Source: Squalus acanthias
Lineage: Eukaryota
Reading direction: 5' to 3'
Assembly (NCBI GenBank): GCA_030390025.1
Contig: CM059429.1
Location: 118,172,001 to 118,236,000, forward strand
Length of the DNA stretch: 64,000 bases
Each line of letters begins with the position of its first letter. Within the stretch, counting starts at the first letter, position 1. Positions 25,373 to 38,804 of the stretch are shown piece after piece. The translations under genes were made by a program, and so were the position numbers. Below the pieces are notes generated by a model, which searched no databases, was not told where the DNA came from, and was given only the letters and a program-made list of their open reading frames with translations.

Positions 25373-27055
25373 GACTGGAATTTTCTGGGGGTCAGTGGGT
25401 GGGATTGGTGGGGTCAGGTGGGAAAGTTTTTTTTTGACAGCGGGTCAGGAACCCGCCGCAACATGCCTTTCTCAATGTCTGGTCTGTCTGCACTGAGCAG
25501 ACCCAACAGACGGGTGGGCAACCCAATTAAACTTCTTATAATCTACTTAACAGACCCTTAACAGGCTTTTTTTTAACTTACTTTTTAACTTTAACTTCAT
25601 GGTCACGGGAACCACGCTGTTCGGGGACCACGGCTGTCAACCTGAGGCGGGAGTTCAGTGTCCATTGCTCCAGCTGATTACTTGACAGCTCCCACCTGAC
25701 AGATCATCACTTTCCTCAGCCACAAGCTGTTTCTTAGTCCATTTCCAGCACAGATTCTGCAGACTTTACACTTTTTACTCTCCATCCACTCTTACCTCAT
25801 TGGAAGAACTCTCTCACCATTGACAGAATGCTTCTGCCATCTCTACTTCACCTGCCATCTATTCCATCAACATGGGTGCCCTTTATACTGTCTCACCTTG
25901 GTCCTCAGAATCTGACCACGATCAGCCCCAACACCAGCATCACCAGCAGCACCAACAACAACACCAACCTTCTCCGCAATCACCTGATGATGCACAGGAC
26001 AGAGGGCATCAGCACCCGAGCACATGCTACCCGGGAGGCCAGGGATGGCCTCACCATGGCCAGATTTACTTCACTTAATGCTGTACACCCTGGCTGCTAC
26101 ATGATGCGCCAGGTTGGCACCACCCCACACCAACACCATAAAGCATCCCTACAATGTCCAAGCCATTCCTTTCACACTCATCACCATTGCTGGGGTTACT
26201 GTTCTGTCTCACCATTCACTGCAACTCACTAAACCACTTCCAAGGGTGCACACAAATCTGTCCAAGAACGCAAAGTATTAAAAATATAGGTATCAATGTT
26301 AGACAGCACATTAATAGAAACTTTACATGAACATTGGATAAAACACCCAAGTGGCTACCCTTGTGTGTTGTTAGTTGGTATGATTGCACTAGGATGAGTG
26401 TGAGGGGTGGCTAGTGAGATAGGGAAGTGATAATGTAGATAGAGAGGGATGGGTGGAGGTGCAAGGTAAGTTGGTGTGAGTAAGGATGTGCAGGGGTAGG
26501 GAAGGCAGAGTGATGGGGATGTGATGAGAGGTACAGCAGGATGAGGTTGAGTGTGGCTTTGTACTAACATTTCGTGATCTACTGAGATCATTTAAACGTT
26601 TGTAGCACTGCACCCTGGTCTTCCTGACCATATGCCTGCTGCTGTCTTCCTGTGTATTGTGCAACCAGGCTGTCTTGGTCTCCTGGGGAGGTCTCTTCCA
26701 TCCATTGGAAGGGAAGAGGACCTCCCTGCGTGCTCTGACTCCCTCCACAAGCATATGGAGGGAGTCATGGGAGAGCCTGGGTGCAGCGATTGTCAGTGTT
26801 TGCAACACTTCAATGCTGTAGAACACAGACAGCACAAATGTCAGTGATGTGGCCATGGTTCCTTTAATGAAACTGGCTGATGACGCGTCATGAATGACAT
26901 CACCAGACCAGCTTCCTCTAATTGACCGGGAAACACGCTGGGCGGGCTTAACGAGCCCCATCAACGTAAAATAATTTTCCAGAGTGGGATGGAGCCAGCA
27001 GCAGGGTCGAGACCCGCCGCCGACGTCGCCCACCAAGCTAAGGAAAATCTCGGCC
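25373..27055. mobile_element. Internally deleted Harbinger/PIF transposon with convergent transposase and Myb/SANT gene relics
   Basis: Imperfect TIRs GACTGGAATTTTC / GAAAATCTCGGCC with ACT on both flanks (3-bp TSD); Myb/SANT-like ORF on the minus strand; transposase-like C-terminal motif REARDGLTMARF on the plus strand (about 26030-26070). Confidence 0.85.
26569..26814 (-). pseudogene. Harbinger Myb/SANT-like (trihelix, NAIF1/MSANTD-like) DNA-binding protein exon 1
   Basis: AAPRLSHDSLHMLVEGVRARREVLFP...TKTAWLH...RKTRVQCYKRLNDL; followed by a donor-like GTTAGT at 26568-26563. Confidence 0.8.
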
Positions 27056-30000
27056 ACTGATTTCAGAGATGTACCGGTAAAAGGCAGTTGTTACAGCCTC
27101 CTTTTCCTTGCAAATTAGTTGTTCGATTTTATTACTTGATGCTTTACTCCGGCAGTGCTCTGTGATATTTATTTGTTCACGGTTTCATTTCTAAGAAAAC
27201 TCGACATAGGAAAATCAAAAGAATTATACCAATTAACAATTTTTTAAAAAGAAAATCAGCATACAAGGACATAAGACAGAATCCTATTCAACTAGCCTCA
27301 TTGTGAGCAGAACTTGCACTCATTATATTCTATCCTGTGTGTGGTTTTTATGTCTTTTTAATTTTTTTTCTCGCTTTTTGCTTAAAAGTATTCCTCGGAA
27401 GAACTATTGATTCAACATCCAGTGCTGGGTCAATTGCAATGGGATTTTTGGTGTAAACTCGATCTCCACTGCTCTGAGATGGATTGATGTAAGCAGCTCA
27501 GAATCAGGGGCATGTTTCCTTTGAAGAGCAACAAGCTTGTGATCTGTAGCTGCTCTTCCTAAAATGGGGAAGACGGGGATTGTGCAGATACCTAGATTTT
27601 GTGTGCTAGAATGGCAGTGAGTTACAGATAGACATTGTACTTTTGTGTTGAATTTTATGTAAAATCTGATTCCAGGTTAGTCAGTTGGTGTAGTTCAGCC
27701 ACAGGTAATTGTTCCAGTATATGAAGTACTGTTGATTAGTATTTAAATCTTAGGAGGTATCTTAATATTTTACTGTACACGTTTATGTGAAAATTGACGG
27801 CATTGCTGTTGGAGACTTGTCATCCAAGACTACTGATTACAAAGAAGTACTTTAAAACACTGTGCTATTATATACCACTACAAAGTAGAAATTAGTAACA
27901 GATTATTGGCCCTTAGTTCTTTATCCAAAAGTGCTTTGGAAAGGAATTTATCAAGAATGTTTTTGATACGTGCTGTAAATCTCATTGCTAAAGTCCTTTT
28001 TAATGCAGCTTTGATCAGAAACAGATATAAGGAAATACAAAGAGAAAAATAATCTTTTCCAATCTATTGTCCAAAATCTATGAATGCATAGTTTTGAAAA
28101 AAAGCTATTTTAATTGGAACCATGTTTTTAGGTTGGGATTCTAAGCTTGCTGCTCAGAGCACTGCAGATCACCCAGCTTTTTAAATAACTGCTCCAGCAG
28201 GATAGCTGCCCCACTTACGTTGCATCAAAACATTTAGCTATAAAATATTAAAAGTCTTGTTTATGGCATGCACTTCTTTCCATCAGCATGTCACCAGTTT
28301 ATAATGGGAAAACTTAGGTCAATACTTTTTAATAGTCCTATTTAATAATTTAAGAATCCTATTTCACCATCACGCTTTGTTGATGAACTGATTTAATTGC
28401 TCAAAATTCTTTTTGGAAAAAAAATTTCTGCCAATCTTTTTCCCCAAACAGAAATTTCTATGTCTAAAATAAAGTTTTAATCATTCTTAAAAAGTTACAT
28501 ATTTCAAAGTAAGTTGATTTAAATGTACGCACTTGCCTTGTACTTTGTGTCTTTTAATAATCTTCCTGAAAACTTTGACTTCAAGGCTGCACTCAGCCTG
28601 TCTCAAAAGCCTGGGCTTTGACTGGGTATTTTTCCTCTGAACAACTGAGGAGTTTCGAACCACATCTGTGCATTCTGAGCACATGCTGTTTGCAGAATTT
28701 CCCAGGATACATCCATAGGTTTCTAAATTGAAGTAAAGGGTGTGTCCCCTTATCTTGTGAGAATTTAAGAATTTCTTCACGTTTTACAGAAGACTTTGAA
28801 ACAAATGGAGATTGAATTCTCAAAAGTTTCTTTCAGACAAGTCTCTCATTTAAAGTACAGTATTAGCAACTGTTCCTTTTCTTTTATGAAGTGCTCACTT
28901 ATACTACATCTGCAAGTAACGGGGCTGTGATTAGCACATGTGGGATTAACAGCATATGATTTTTTTGACAGAAAGCAAAGCAAAAATTGTTTATTGAGAA
29001 TGTATTTTTTCCTTTGCTCAGTCAAAAGATTTAAAATTTACTTTTAAAAAATCTTTTAAAATAATTTTACATACAAACTAGGAGGCTGCATAATTGATGA
29101 ACCTTTGAGTATTTTATGAGGTAACTGTTATTTGTTTAAGGAAATTTATGTTTATTAAAGACTGTATTAGCCGTCAAACTCAGTAATAGTGGATTAAATA
29201 CTTGAAAGTAGGAATGAAAAGCCAGCTGATGGTGGAAAGCCTGATAAAGGTAATGGGGCTGTTTTGAGGGGAATGGGTCAAAACGTGGGTGGGGGGGGGG
29301 GGGGAGGTGTAGCCCCTGATTTTCCGAACGGACCCAACGGCAGTTTCAGTCCCATTCTCTGGGCTCCACTACCCCACAAGGCTGCTAAACGCATTGTCCC
29401 TTCCAGTACTGCCAGATTTTGCCCCCATTGCTCTTAAATTCCCTCTGCATTGTTGCTGGAGCCCAGGATGCATCTCCCTCGAAACTTCCCGCACAGTTCC
29501 AGATCTATGCTCATTAAACTCTTAAGATTGCATTCACATTGCTCCCTGATCCCAGCGATCTCATTCTCTCAGATCCCAGGACTGCGCTCAAAGTAGTGCT
29601 GGACCCAGAGACCTCATCCCAGAACTACCAGGCTCTTCCTCTCTTTCACAGTGCTCTCTTATTTCAGGGCTTTCCCCAATGCTGATAGATTAGTCTCCCA
29701 GATAATACTACATGGCATAATACCCCATTTCTTATAAAATCTTTGACTCAGGATGAGCACCGCGGAGATCTAAAGTATGTAACATATATTAATGTCGATT
29801 GTGGAAAACAGATATATCCTCTGGTTCTGCCACCAGCAATAAGCACTCCCAGATTAGGTGTAGTACAGCCAGATACAAAGTAACCTCTCTGTGCTTCAAC
29901 CTCAAGTTTTCCCACATCAGTGTGAACTTTTCCATTTTAACCAATGATAGCTGAAGCACATTATTCTTGAGCTTTGGGAAAAGGTAAAATCCCTTTCAGA

Positions 30001-31882
30001 ACTTCTTAAAAAATTGTTATGCTATCTTTTGCTGTTACTAAGGATATACCTCAGTGTCATGTTCTTGAAATGTCAACAAGCACCTCAGAAATTGGCACAA
30101 CAAAATTGTTGTGTATTGTGCAGAAATTGCTGCTCATGAAGTGATCTCAATGTTCTGGTTAGTAGCAAATCATTTTAGGAATATGTATGAATATATTCCA
30201 TCTCTTTTTGCTTTTCTGCTTCATGCTTTGTAACCATCAAGTCCCTTACAGCATTACAGGATCTGGCCAAAGTGGACTGGGATCAGCTACTTGTAGGAAA
30301 ATCCACATCAGAGCAGTGGGAGTCTTTCAGAAAGGAAATAGAGAGAGTACAACGGCAACATGTTCCCGTAAAGGTCAAGGGTGGGACCAACAAGCCCAGG
30401 GAACCCTGGATGTCAAGGGATATACAAGAATGGATTAGGAAAAAAAGGGAGGCTTTTGGCAGATACAAAGGACTAAAAACAGTGGAAGCCCTAGAGGAGT
30501 ATAGAAAGTGCAGGGGGGTACTTAAAAAAGAAATTAGGAGAGCGAAGAGGGGGCATGAAAAAACACTGGCGGGCAAAATAAAGGAAAATCCAAAGGTGTT
30601 TTATAAGTATATTAAGGGCAAGAGGATAACCATGGAAAGAGTAGGGCCCATTCGAGACCAAAGTGGCAATCTGTGTGTAGAGTCGGAAGATGTAGGTGAG
30701 GTTTTAAATGAATATTTTGCATCTGTATTCACTATGGAGAAGGACGATGTAGGTGTAGAAATCAGGCAGGGGGATTGTGATATACTTGAACAAATTAGTA
30801 TTGAGAGTGAGGAGGTACTAGCGGTTTTAGCGGGCTTAAAAATGGATAAATCCCCAGGCCCAGACGAGATGTATCCCAGGCTGCTGTGTGAGGCAAGGGA
30901 GGAGATTGCAGGGGCTCTGACGCAAATTTTCAGAACATCTCTGGCCACAGGGGAGGTGCCAGAGGACTGGAGAACAGCTAACATAGTACCATTATTCAAG
31001 AAGGGTAGTAGGGATAAACCAGGGAATTACAGGCCAGTGAGCCTAACATCAGTGGTAGGGAAATTATTGAAAAAAATTCTGAGGGACAGAATTAGTCTCC
31101 ACTTTTGAGAGGCAAGGATTAATCAAGGATAGTCAGCATGGCTTTGTCGGGGAGATCATGTCTAACCAATTTGATTGAATTTTTTGAGGGGGTGACTAGG
31201 TGTGTGGATGAGGGTAGTGCAGTTGAAGTGGTCTACATGGACTTCAGTAAGGCTTTTGACAAAGTCCCACATGGGAGACTGGTTAAGAAGGTAAGAGCCC
31301 ATGGGATCCAGGGCAATTTGGCACATTGGATCCAAAATTGGCTTAGTGGCAGGAGGCAGAGGGTGATGGTCGAAGGTTGTTTTTGTGACTGGAAGCCTGT
31401 GTCCAGTGGTGTACCGCAGGGATCGGTGCTGGGTCCTTTGCTGTTTGTAGTGTACATTAATGATTTAGATATGAATGTAGGAGGTGTGATCAGTAAGTTC
31501 GCAGATGACACGAAAATTGGTGGAGTGGTAAATAGCGAGGAGGGAAGCCTCAGGTTACAGGACGATATAGACGGGTTGGTTAGATGGGCAGAACAGTGGC
31601 AAATGGAACTTAACCCTGAAAAGTGTGAGGTGATGCATTTTGGGAGGACTAACAAGGCAAGGGAATATACAATGAATTGTAGGACCCTAGGAAGGACAGA
31701 GGATCAGAGGGACCTTAGTGTGCATGTACATAGATCACTGAAGGCAGCAGGACAGGTAGATAAGGTGGTTGTAAAGGCATATGGGATACTTGCCTTCATT
31801 AGCCGAGGCATAGAATATAAAAGCAGGGAGGTTATGATGGAGCTGTACAAAACGCTAGTTAGGCCACAGCTGGAATACTGTG

Positions 31883-32097
31883 ATGTGGAGATGCCGGTGT
31901 TGGACTGGGGTGGACAAATGTGAGAAGTCGCACAACACCAGGTTATAGTCCAACAGTTTTATTTGAAATCACAAGCTTTCGGAGCGCTGCTCCTTCGTCA
32001 GGTGAAGTGAAGAGATGTATATCGGCACAGCATATATATGCTGTGCCGATATACATCTCTTCACTTCACCTGACGAAGGAGCAGCGCTCCGAAAGCT
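31883..32097 (-). mobile_element. Penelope-like foldback mini-insertion (family A) with perfect 128-bp palindrome
   Basis: TSD TGGAATACTGTG (31871-31882, 32098-32109); palindrome 31972-32099 centred in CATATATATG; the ORF track shows the same peptide on both strands. Confidence 0.93.
31969..32005 (-). ncRNA. Minimal type I hammerhead ribozyme motif (PLE-type)
   Basis: Minus strand UCAC-CUGACGA-A-GGAGC-AGC-GCUCC-GAAA-GC-U-U-GUGA: stem I UCAC/GUGA, stem II GGAGC/GCUCC, palindromic AGCU stem III. Confidence 0.85.
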
Positions 32098-34235
32098 TGG
32101 AATACTGTGTGCAGTTCTGGTCGCCACACTATAGGAGGGATGTGATTGCATTGGAGAGGGTGCAGAGGAGATTCACCAGGATGTTACCTGGACTGGAGCG
32201 CTTCAGCTATGAAGAGAGACTGGACAGGCTGGGGTTGTTTTCCTTAGAGCAGAGAAGGCTGAGGGGGGACCTGATTGAGGTATACAAAATTATGAGGGGC
32301 ATAGATAGGGTAGATAGAAAGGAACTTTTCCCCTTAGTAGAGAGGTCAATAACCAGGGGGCATAGTTTCAAGGTAAGGGGCAGGAGGTTTAGAGGGGATT
32401 TGAGGAAAAACTTTTTCACCCAGAGGGTGGTTGGAATCTGGAACTCACTGCCTGAAAGAGTGGTAGAGGCAGGAACCCTCACAACATTCAAGAAGCATTT
32501 AGATGAGCACTTGAAACGCCATTGCATACAAGGCTACGGACCAAGTGCTGGAAAATGGGATTAGAATAGACAGGGCTTGATGGCCGGCGCGGACACGATG
32601 AGCCGAAGGGCCTTTTTCTGTGCTGTATAACTCTATGACTAAAAATCAGAATGTGGACTGAGGAGAATCTTTGGCTACAAACTTGTGTACTTCTATTGCC
32701 TGAAACAATGCTTTGTCGCATCAATGCACTTTGCCGCTGATTCATTTTAAATTAAGAGGTTGAGTGGCATGGTTTGTTAGCACACAGGAACCAGGGTTTG
32801 AAAGACTCCGTTGTTTCAGCTAGCTATAACAATCTTGTATGATATGAGTTTCTAGTAGATACAGGTCCACAGCAAAACACAACCTACAATTCAACACATA
32901 TTGCACTGAATTGGAAATCTCATTCTGTGACAACAAGTATGACTACAGTATTATTGGAATGGAAAAGTTCATACTGATGTGGGAAAACTTTTTCTGAGGT
33001 TGAAGCACAGGGAGCTTACTTTGTATGTGGCTATACTACACCTAATCTGGGAGTGCTTAATGCTGAAAATGGGTGCCCAAAATGGAAAAATGTCACCTTA
33101 AATGAATTTTTTTTGGAAGCATTTTCCTTTGTGCTTTTTAAAATTAATTTGAACCGGTTAGTATTTGACCGAATGTTCAGAGCTGGCACATATTTTTCAG
33201 TTTCACATACTAGGTTCTTAGCCTGAAATGGAACTGTCTAGCCACATGCTTCTTACCCGTCTTGTCTTGTTTTCCTTCCCGCAACCCCCGCCCCCCCCCC
33301 CCGCCCCCCGGCAGATGTTGGGATTGAGGCAAACAGAAGGAGATTTAACATATTTGTGCATCTCAGCTGTTAATTTCTAAAGTGGTACTTGCATATATTA
33401 TTATATCAGCAGAAAATGTTAATAAAATCTCTACTTTAGTTATACATATTACTATTGGGGGCCTGAGTATTAAAAGCTTCACTTATTTACATATTTAGAT
33501 AAGATTTGTTGATGGCGAATGAAACTTAACCATTACCTCGACATCAGGTTGAGGGGGTGGGGGAGCAGAACTCTTGATATTCATCCCTTTATTTTCGAAG
33601 AGTGACTTCAATTTAAAGTGTAAATTGATCTGTAGGAAACAGTGAGTGTAACACAATGTTAGAAGAGCTGTTTACTTAGTCATGATGTATTGTGGTATTT
33701 ACAATGGGAGCTGTATTCTATTCTGCTTAAATAGTCAGACATGCTCATACCTTCCAGTGGAATTATGTTGCATTAGTAATATATATTCTCAGATTATTAG
33801 GTAGTGACTCTCTCAATTTAATTGCTTTCCCCTCTCCATAAATGGTGAAAATGTAGAACTGGTTTCAGCCCAGGCCAGTCTTGCCTTCTGACCTGAATCT
33901 GTACTGTTGTTTAGTGGCAATGTAATTGTCATCTACACACATGGCAACCGAGAAAATTGGCAAAAGCTGACATAAAAAAAACCTGCCCATATTATATGCA
34001 TTATGACATATGAAAACAAGTCATTATACTGGAAATGCAATGGGAAAAAGCTTGGAGGCCTGGAATTTAATCTGTGGGTGCAACCCAGAAGATAGACGCG
34101 AAAATGTGCCCATTCTGCCAATGTCAATTTACACTCAAATTTCCTGCAAATCTCATAAAAATATGCCTGAACGTAAAATGGATGGAAATCAGCGTAAACA
34201 ATCGGGGCCCAACAGAAGTGCCAAACTTACACGAT

Positions 34236-34973
34236 GGCCCCGATCTTGACTGGGGCGGGTTTTGTGAGCGGGGAGAGGAGTCCCCTGCATACTTTGGAGT
34301 TTTGACTTCAAGCAGGTGCCCGGAAGCCAGCCTGATTAGCAGACTTGGCTCCTTGTCGGACGGGGAACACTCTGGAAGAGACCACAGGGCAGGAGCAGGT
34401 TGGGAGACTGCAGCTGGGTTAGTGGGAGCATGGTGGGTGGGGGGCAGATCGTGGGGGTGGTTGCTGATCCCTTGGGTGGGGGGTCAGATACCGGGGAGGC
34501 GGTGGTTGCCGATTCCTGGGTTTGGGGGGGGCGGGGGGCGGAGTGGGAGTCCAATCCCCGATCCCGGGAGAGGGGATCCGATCCTCGATTCCGGGAGCTC
34601 CGATTGAGGGGTTGGGGGTCTGATGGTGGGTAGGGAAGAAGGTAAGCTTGGTGGGCCAGGAGGAAGTACTCCTGCTTCTCTTGGCCCACAAGCAGTGCTG
34701 TAAAGGCACTGAGCTTTTTAACAAAGCAATCCTCGCCTCCCTTTAGCAGCTGGGTTTCCCAAGGCCCGGGAAACTCAGCTGGCCAGGGAAAACCTGGAAG
34801 ACAGGTTAACTGAGGCACACAACCTCATTATAATATTTAAATAGCCAACCCGCCCCCCCGTGTGCGGGTTGCTTCCCCCCCGTCCCACCTCCATTAAAAC
34901 TGGAAGTTTATTAAAATTTTAACATCCCACCCGACCCCAACCCACTTATTCTTTGTGGTTAAAATTACCCCCC
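34236..34973. mobile_element. GC-rich Harbinger-type MITE, probably nested in an older DNA element (about 33950-35490)
   Basis: Starts GGCCCCGATCTTGAC and ends GGTTAAAATTACCCCCC + ATA; G-rich interior; flanking DNA is CpG-richer and ends GGAAATTCCAGGCC at about 35488. Confidence 0.6.
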
Positions 34974-37394
34974 ATATATTTCTTTGAATATAAAAATTAA
35001 AGTTTCAGCTCATTTAACCATCATTTATGCAAATTTGGCAGAGCATGTACAAAAAAACTGCAATGGGGGAAGCTTTTCAATTTTCAACTTTTAATGTGAG
35101 TTATACATATGCCATAAAAATGCATTTAAAGAAACAGAAAATACAATGTCGGTCTCGAGGGTTTTTGTTTTAAATGCTCAAAAATGAAATAAAACACCAG
35201 AGAAATGACTTTGTTTCTGGCTGCGCTTGAAAATCTGAATTTGAAGAGAGCAACTGGGCAAGTGCGACTGCAGAAAACCTTCAAAGAAGGCTAGAAACTT
35301 GAGTGGGACGGTTATTATGGGTGGAGGAATCGATAGACGATCGCAAAAGATCGAGGAGATTTGGGCATATTTACTTGCATGCGTAACTGATGTGTGCACA
35401 AAATGCCGCAATTTTTTCCACCGTGTATTTTATTTGCACCCAGATTGCGCGAGTCTCTGGGCACAAATACGCAGGAAATTCCAGGCCGGAGGATCTTAGT
35501 GGGATTCTAGTGGCAAACGGTATGCTTTGGGTTGTGGGAAATCCCTGGTTAGCTCTATATTGGAAATCCTGCATACGAGAGACAAAGTTCCAGGCAATAA
35601 CGCTGCCTTGGAGCTACAGAGGAGAAGCCTACTGTGTATCATAAGAAAAGTTTATATTTTTGTCTTTGAACTGAAACATGTACCTACTTTCCATTTAAAA
35701 CATTTCCGTTTTAAAAGAATTTTGTGGAAGTATTGTATAATAATAAAATAATTTTCATCCTTGAAAGAGACCGCATCCTACTCTTGATATTAGTTCCCAG
35801 TTCAAACACAATTGAATATTTTAAGCTTATCAGTACTTGGCCTCCAACTATTCCATGTTACGTTTTATCTTGTTATTGGAACTTCACAACAGCACATGAA
35901 TCGCTTGGCTCCTCGGGAGCAGGTTGTAACATGTGCAGAGTACTGTACTTTCACAACTAATCCTAATTCCTAAGGGAATGGATGTTACCTGCAGCATTTC
36001 TAAAAGCATCCTTCTGTTATGTAAGGAATATTGCGGTCACTGAGGTTTGCTGCAGCAGATGTTCGGACGTGAACCATACAAGATGAACCAAACACAGGCA
36101 TCTGAATGGCATTCCTTTTAAAATCTGCAGCAGAAGAGAGTTGCACAATGTGGATCTTCTAATGATATTCATTATTCTGTAATGAACACCTGTTTTCTTT
36201 AGGATGTCCCAAGTGATGTCATTAACAGAAGTGATTAACCATTACTAGCTTTTCCCTGCTGCTGTTTTTTTTTGGCAAGTGTTTTTATTAGTTAAGCGGA
36301 AACGAGACCAAATGAACAGCCCTGGTATCGATTTGTAACTGGCCTCAAGCTTCTTGATGTGACTCTAATAAACCAGTTGAGGACAACAGATACTGAGTGC
36401 TTCATTACCCAGCACTATCACAGAAATCGCTATTTAATTCCAGGAGATAAAACCTAACAAAACCTCTCCCTCTTTATTTTGTGGTGTTTAAGGACACTGA
36501 GAGGTGGAGACAATCTTTATAAAGTCCTGGCAGTTTAGGTAACAGAGGGGAAAAAAACAACAAACCCCCTACACTTCATTGACCTTGCCTGATCATTTGA
36601 TAGAAGTTGCTTGTAAATTTGCGATTTGGCAGGAAATACAGTTTGTCCTTGAATAGTGAACCAAAATGACACTCCCAAAGAGGTTGGGGCCAATCCAAGA
36701 ATACATGTTTTCATGTCGTACCAAAGTAGTAGTGTAACTGCGAACAAGCATTGCTAAATTGACTGAGAAGCTACCCACAATATTTTCAGTGTATAGACGA
36801 GAGTTCTGTGTGTTCCAGGAGGACACCCGAATCTCATAATATAACTGGTGTTTGTGGGTGAGTGAAGTACAGGGCTTCTGTTGTCAGTTTTTTGGTGTTA
36901 CTTCTCATATCTGCAAGTAGTTTCTGAAGTCCTGCTAAACAGTTAGCAGACTACACCACAGCACTTGAACCTGTCACTCCCAGCGAAAATCAGTGAGAAC
37001 AAATGATTCCCAGTGCAGCTTCATATGTTTATCCTTCCAATTTTCACAATGTGCACATGGTCGGTGTTTGAAATGACCTGCAGTAAAATGGTGAAAAGAC
37101 ATTTGCTACCACTGCTTTTTCTTTTTATATTTGTTTGCTCGACTTGTGTGCACAAAATAGACACCAAATATATCTTTTTGTAGTACAGTTGTTAAGCTGA
37201 AAATGCTAAGTGTCAGTTCGGTGTATTAAACCATGCTTGCACAATCTAATGATCACCATGCTTGTTTCAAGCGAGAATTTTACCCATGCAGTGAATCCCG
37301 TAGAAAGTAACTGATTTAATAAGAAAAACAGTTTTGATGCAGGCTGTTGTGGTAGAAGATCCTTTAATATTTTATGTGGTTGTTTGTAAAGAAA

Positions 37395-37548
37395 AGAAAG
37401 AACTTGCATTTATATAATGCCTTTCATGTCCTCCGAGTGCCCCAAAACGCTTCAGTCAATTTTGAAATGTAGGGGTTGTTGTTTTATAGACATGTGGCAG
37501 CCAATTTGTGCACAAGATCTACGAACAGCAAATTAGATAAATGACCAG
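37395..37548 (-). mobile_element. DeuSINE 3' fragment
   Basis: AACTTGCATTTATATAATGCCTTTCA...GGCAGCCAATTTGTGCACA..AATGACCAG; compare 46000-46125. Confidence 0.7.
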
Positions 37549-38727
37549 CAAAGGCACAGGAACATTACTACCACTTGGAGGATTAGATTTTGCCAATCTA
37601 AATTACAAGTGATAAATATGATTTTTTTTTAAAAGCATAATTTTGATGGGATGTCTGTGACATTTTACTAGTAGACTTTGAGTTTTAACTGGTGAAATGA
37701 TACTGTTGTAGGCTCGTTGTGCTACGTCTCAAGCTAGCAGTTGATTGACAGAATGGTTTATTGGCAGAAGGCTGTTGGGATGAGGACATGGGACAAGAAT
37801 GCTAAGAAAGCAAGCCCAGCTATAAAAAGAATCCGCACACTGTTTATTTAACGGGAATGGATGGATGACGGTTGCTGAGCTTCAGCAGATGAAAGTAATA
37901 GCACCTTATGCCAGCTTCAATAACACAAATTTGATTTTCTCTTTTTTGCTTTTTGCATTTTTCATTTTGTCTCTGGCTGCAGACTGACGGCTTGTATCAA
38001 AGCTTTTAAGAAAACAACAAGTGTACTCCAAATTCATAGTGTGATGAATGGCTGCTGACTCTTTGTTGCAGTGCACACATGGTTTTACCTGTGTGTGTCT
38101 GTCAGCCCCTACAGTGATTCCTGCATTATATCTTACAGTCTGGAGCACTAGTAAGCTGAATAAAACAAGTTTTGGAGCACACCTTAGCTTATGGACAATT
38201 TTCGCATTAAAAGCAGTTGGAAGTGCTTTTCTCATAACCCTTTTCAATTGTGTTTTACTTTCCCTTTGAGGACTGCATTCATGCACTAATTATGATGCAT
38301 TGCCTTCAGCCTTATCCCATCCTGGCTCTCGAGGAGGGTAGATAGGATAGAATGGGGATTTTTTTTTCTAACATAAGGTTGTTCAGATATTTACTTTTTT
38401 TTAAGCACTGTAAATCCTTAGACTGTGGCAATTCTGGAGAATTACACTCTCAATCTCCTTGGGCCAACTGCTTTTTAAAAGTTTTCAACTTGCACTCTGA
38501 GGCCAAAACAAACTATTATTACAGCAAAGTAAAGCTGCACAGGCGTCAGGAACTGTATTACTGAAATGCTAACTAAAATAAACTTAAAATAAAACATTTT
38601 AAATTTTAGACGTTTTAAACCTTAGTTCTGCTTCCTTTGCCTTTTTTTCCACCTCCACCCCTTTCTATTTTTATTATTTAACTTTATCTTCCACTTTATT
38701 TATAACCAGTATACGCTGTAGCTGCCG

Positions 38728-38804
38728 TGAAACGTTAACTCTGTTTCTCTCTTCACAGATGCTGCCTGACCTGAGTATTTCTAGCATTTTCTGTTTTTAT
38801 TTCA
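38728..38804 (+). mobile_element. Penelope family B pLTR fragment
   Basis: TGAAACGTTAACTCTGTTTCTCTCTTCACAGATGCTGCCTGACCTG..; hammerhead 5' half missing. Confidence 0.8.

Larger units (their letters stand above)
30255..32640 (+). mobile_element. 5'-truncated young CR1 LINE (ORF2 tether + RT + 3'UTR), interrupted by a PLE foldback
   Basis: ORFs 30272-31108 (KSPGPD..YPRLL..PGNYRPVSLTS), 31138-31923 (DFSKAFDKVPH, GVPQGS, KFADDTK) and 32100-32564; few lesions; tail CTGTATAACTCTATGACT. Confidence 0.97.

Noticed and set aside
31972-32099. miRNA precursor or CRISPR-like repeat
   Set aside because: The TSD and homology to the 62.6-kb insert show a retroelement foldback; there is no repeat-spacer array.
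31920-32564. 214-aa ORF with a novel-looking N-terminus
   Set aside because: Chance fusion of the palindromic insert with the CR1 ORF2 C-terminus.
34074-34818. Overlapping 160-177-aa GC-rich ORFs / CpG-island promoter
   Set aside because: They lie within a GC-rich MITE; stop-poor composition explains the ORFs.
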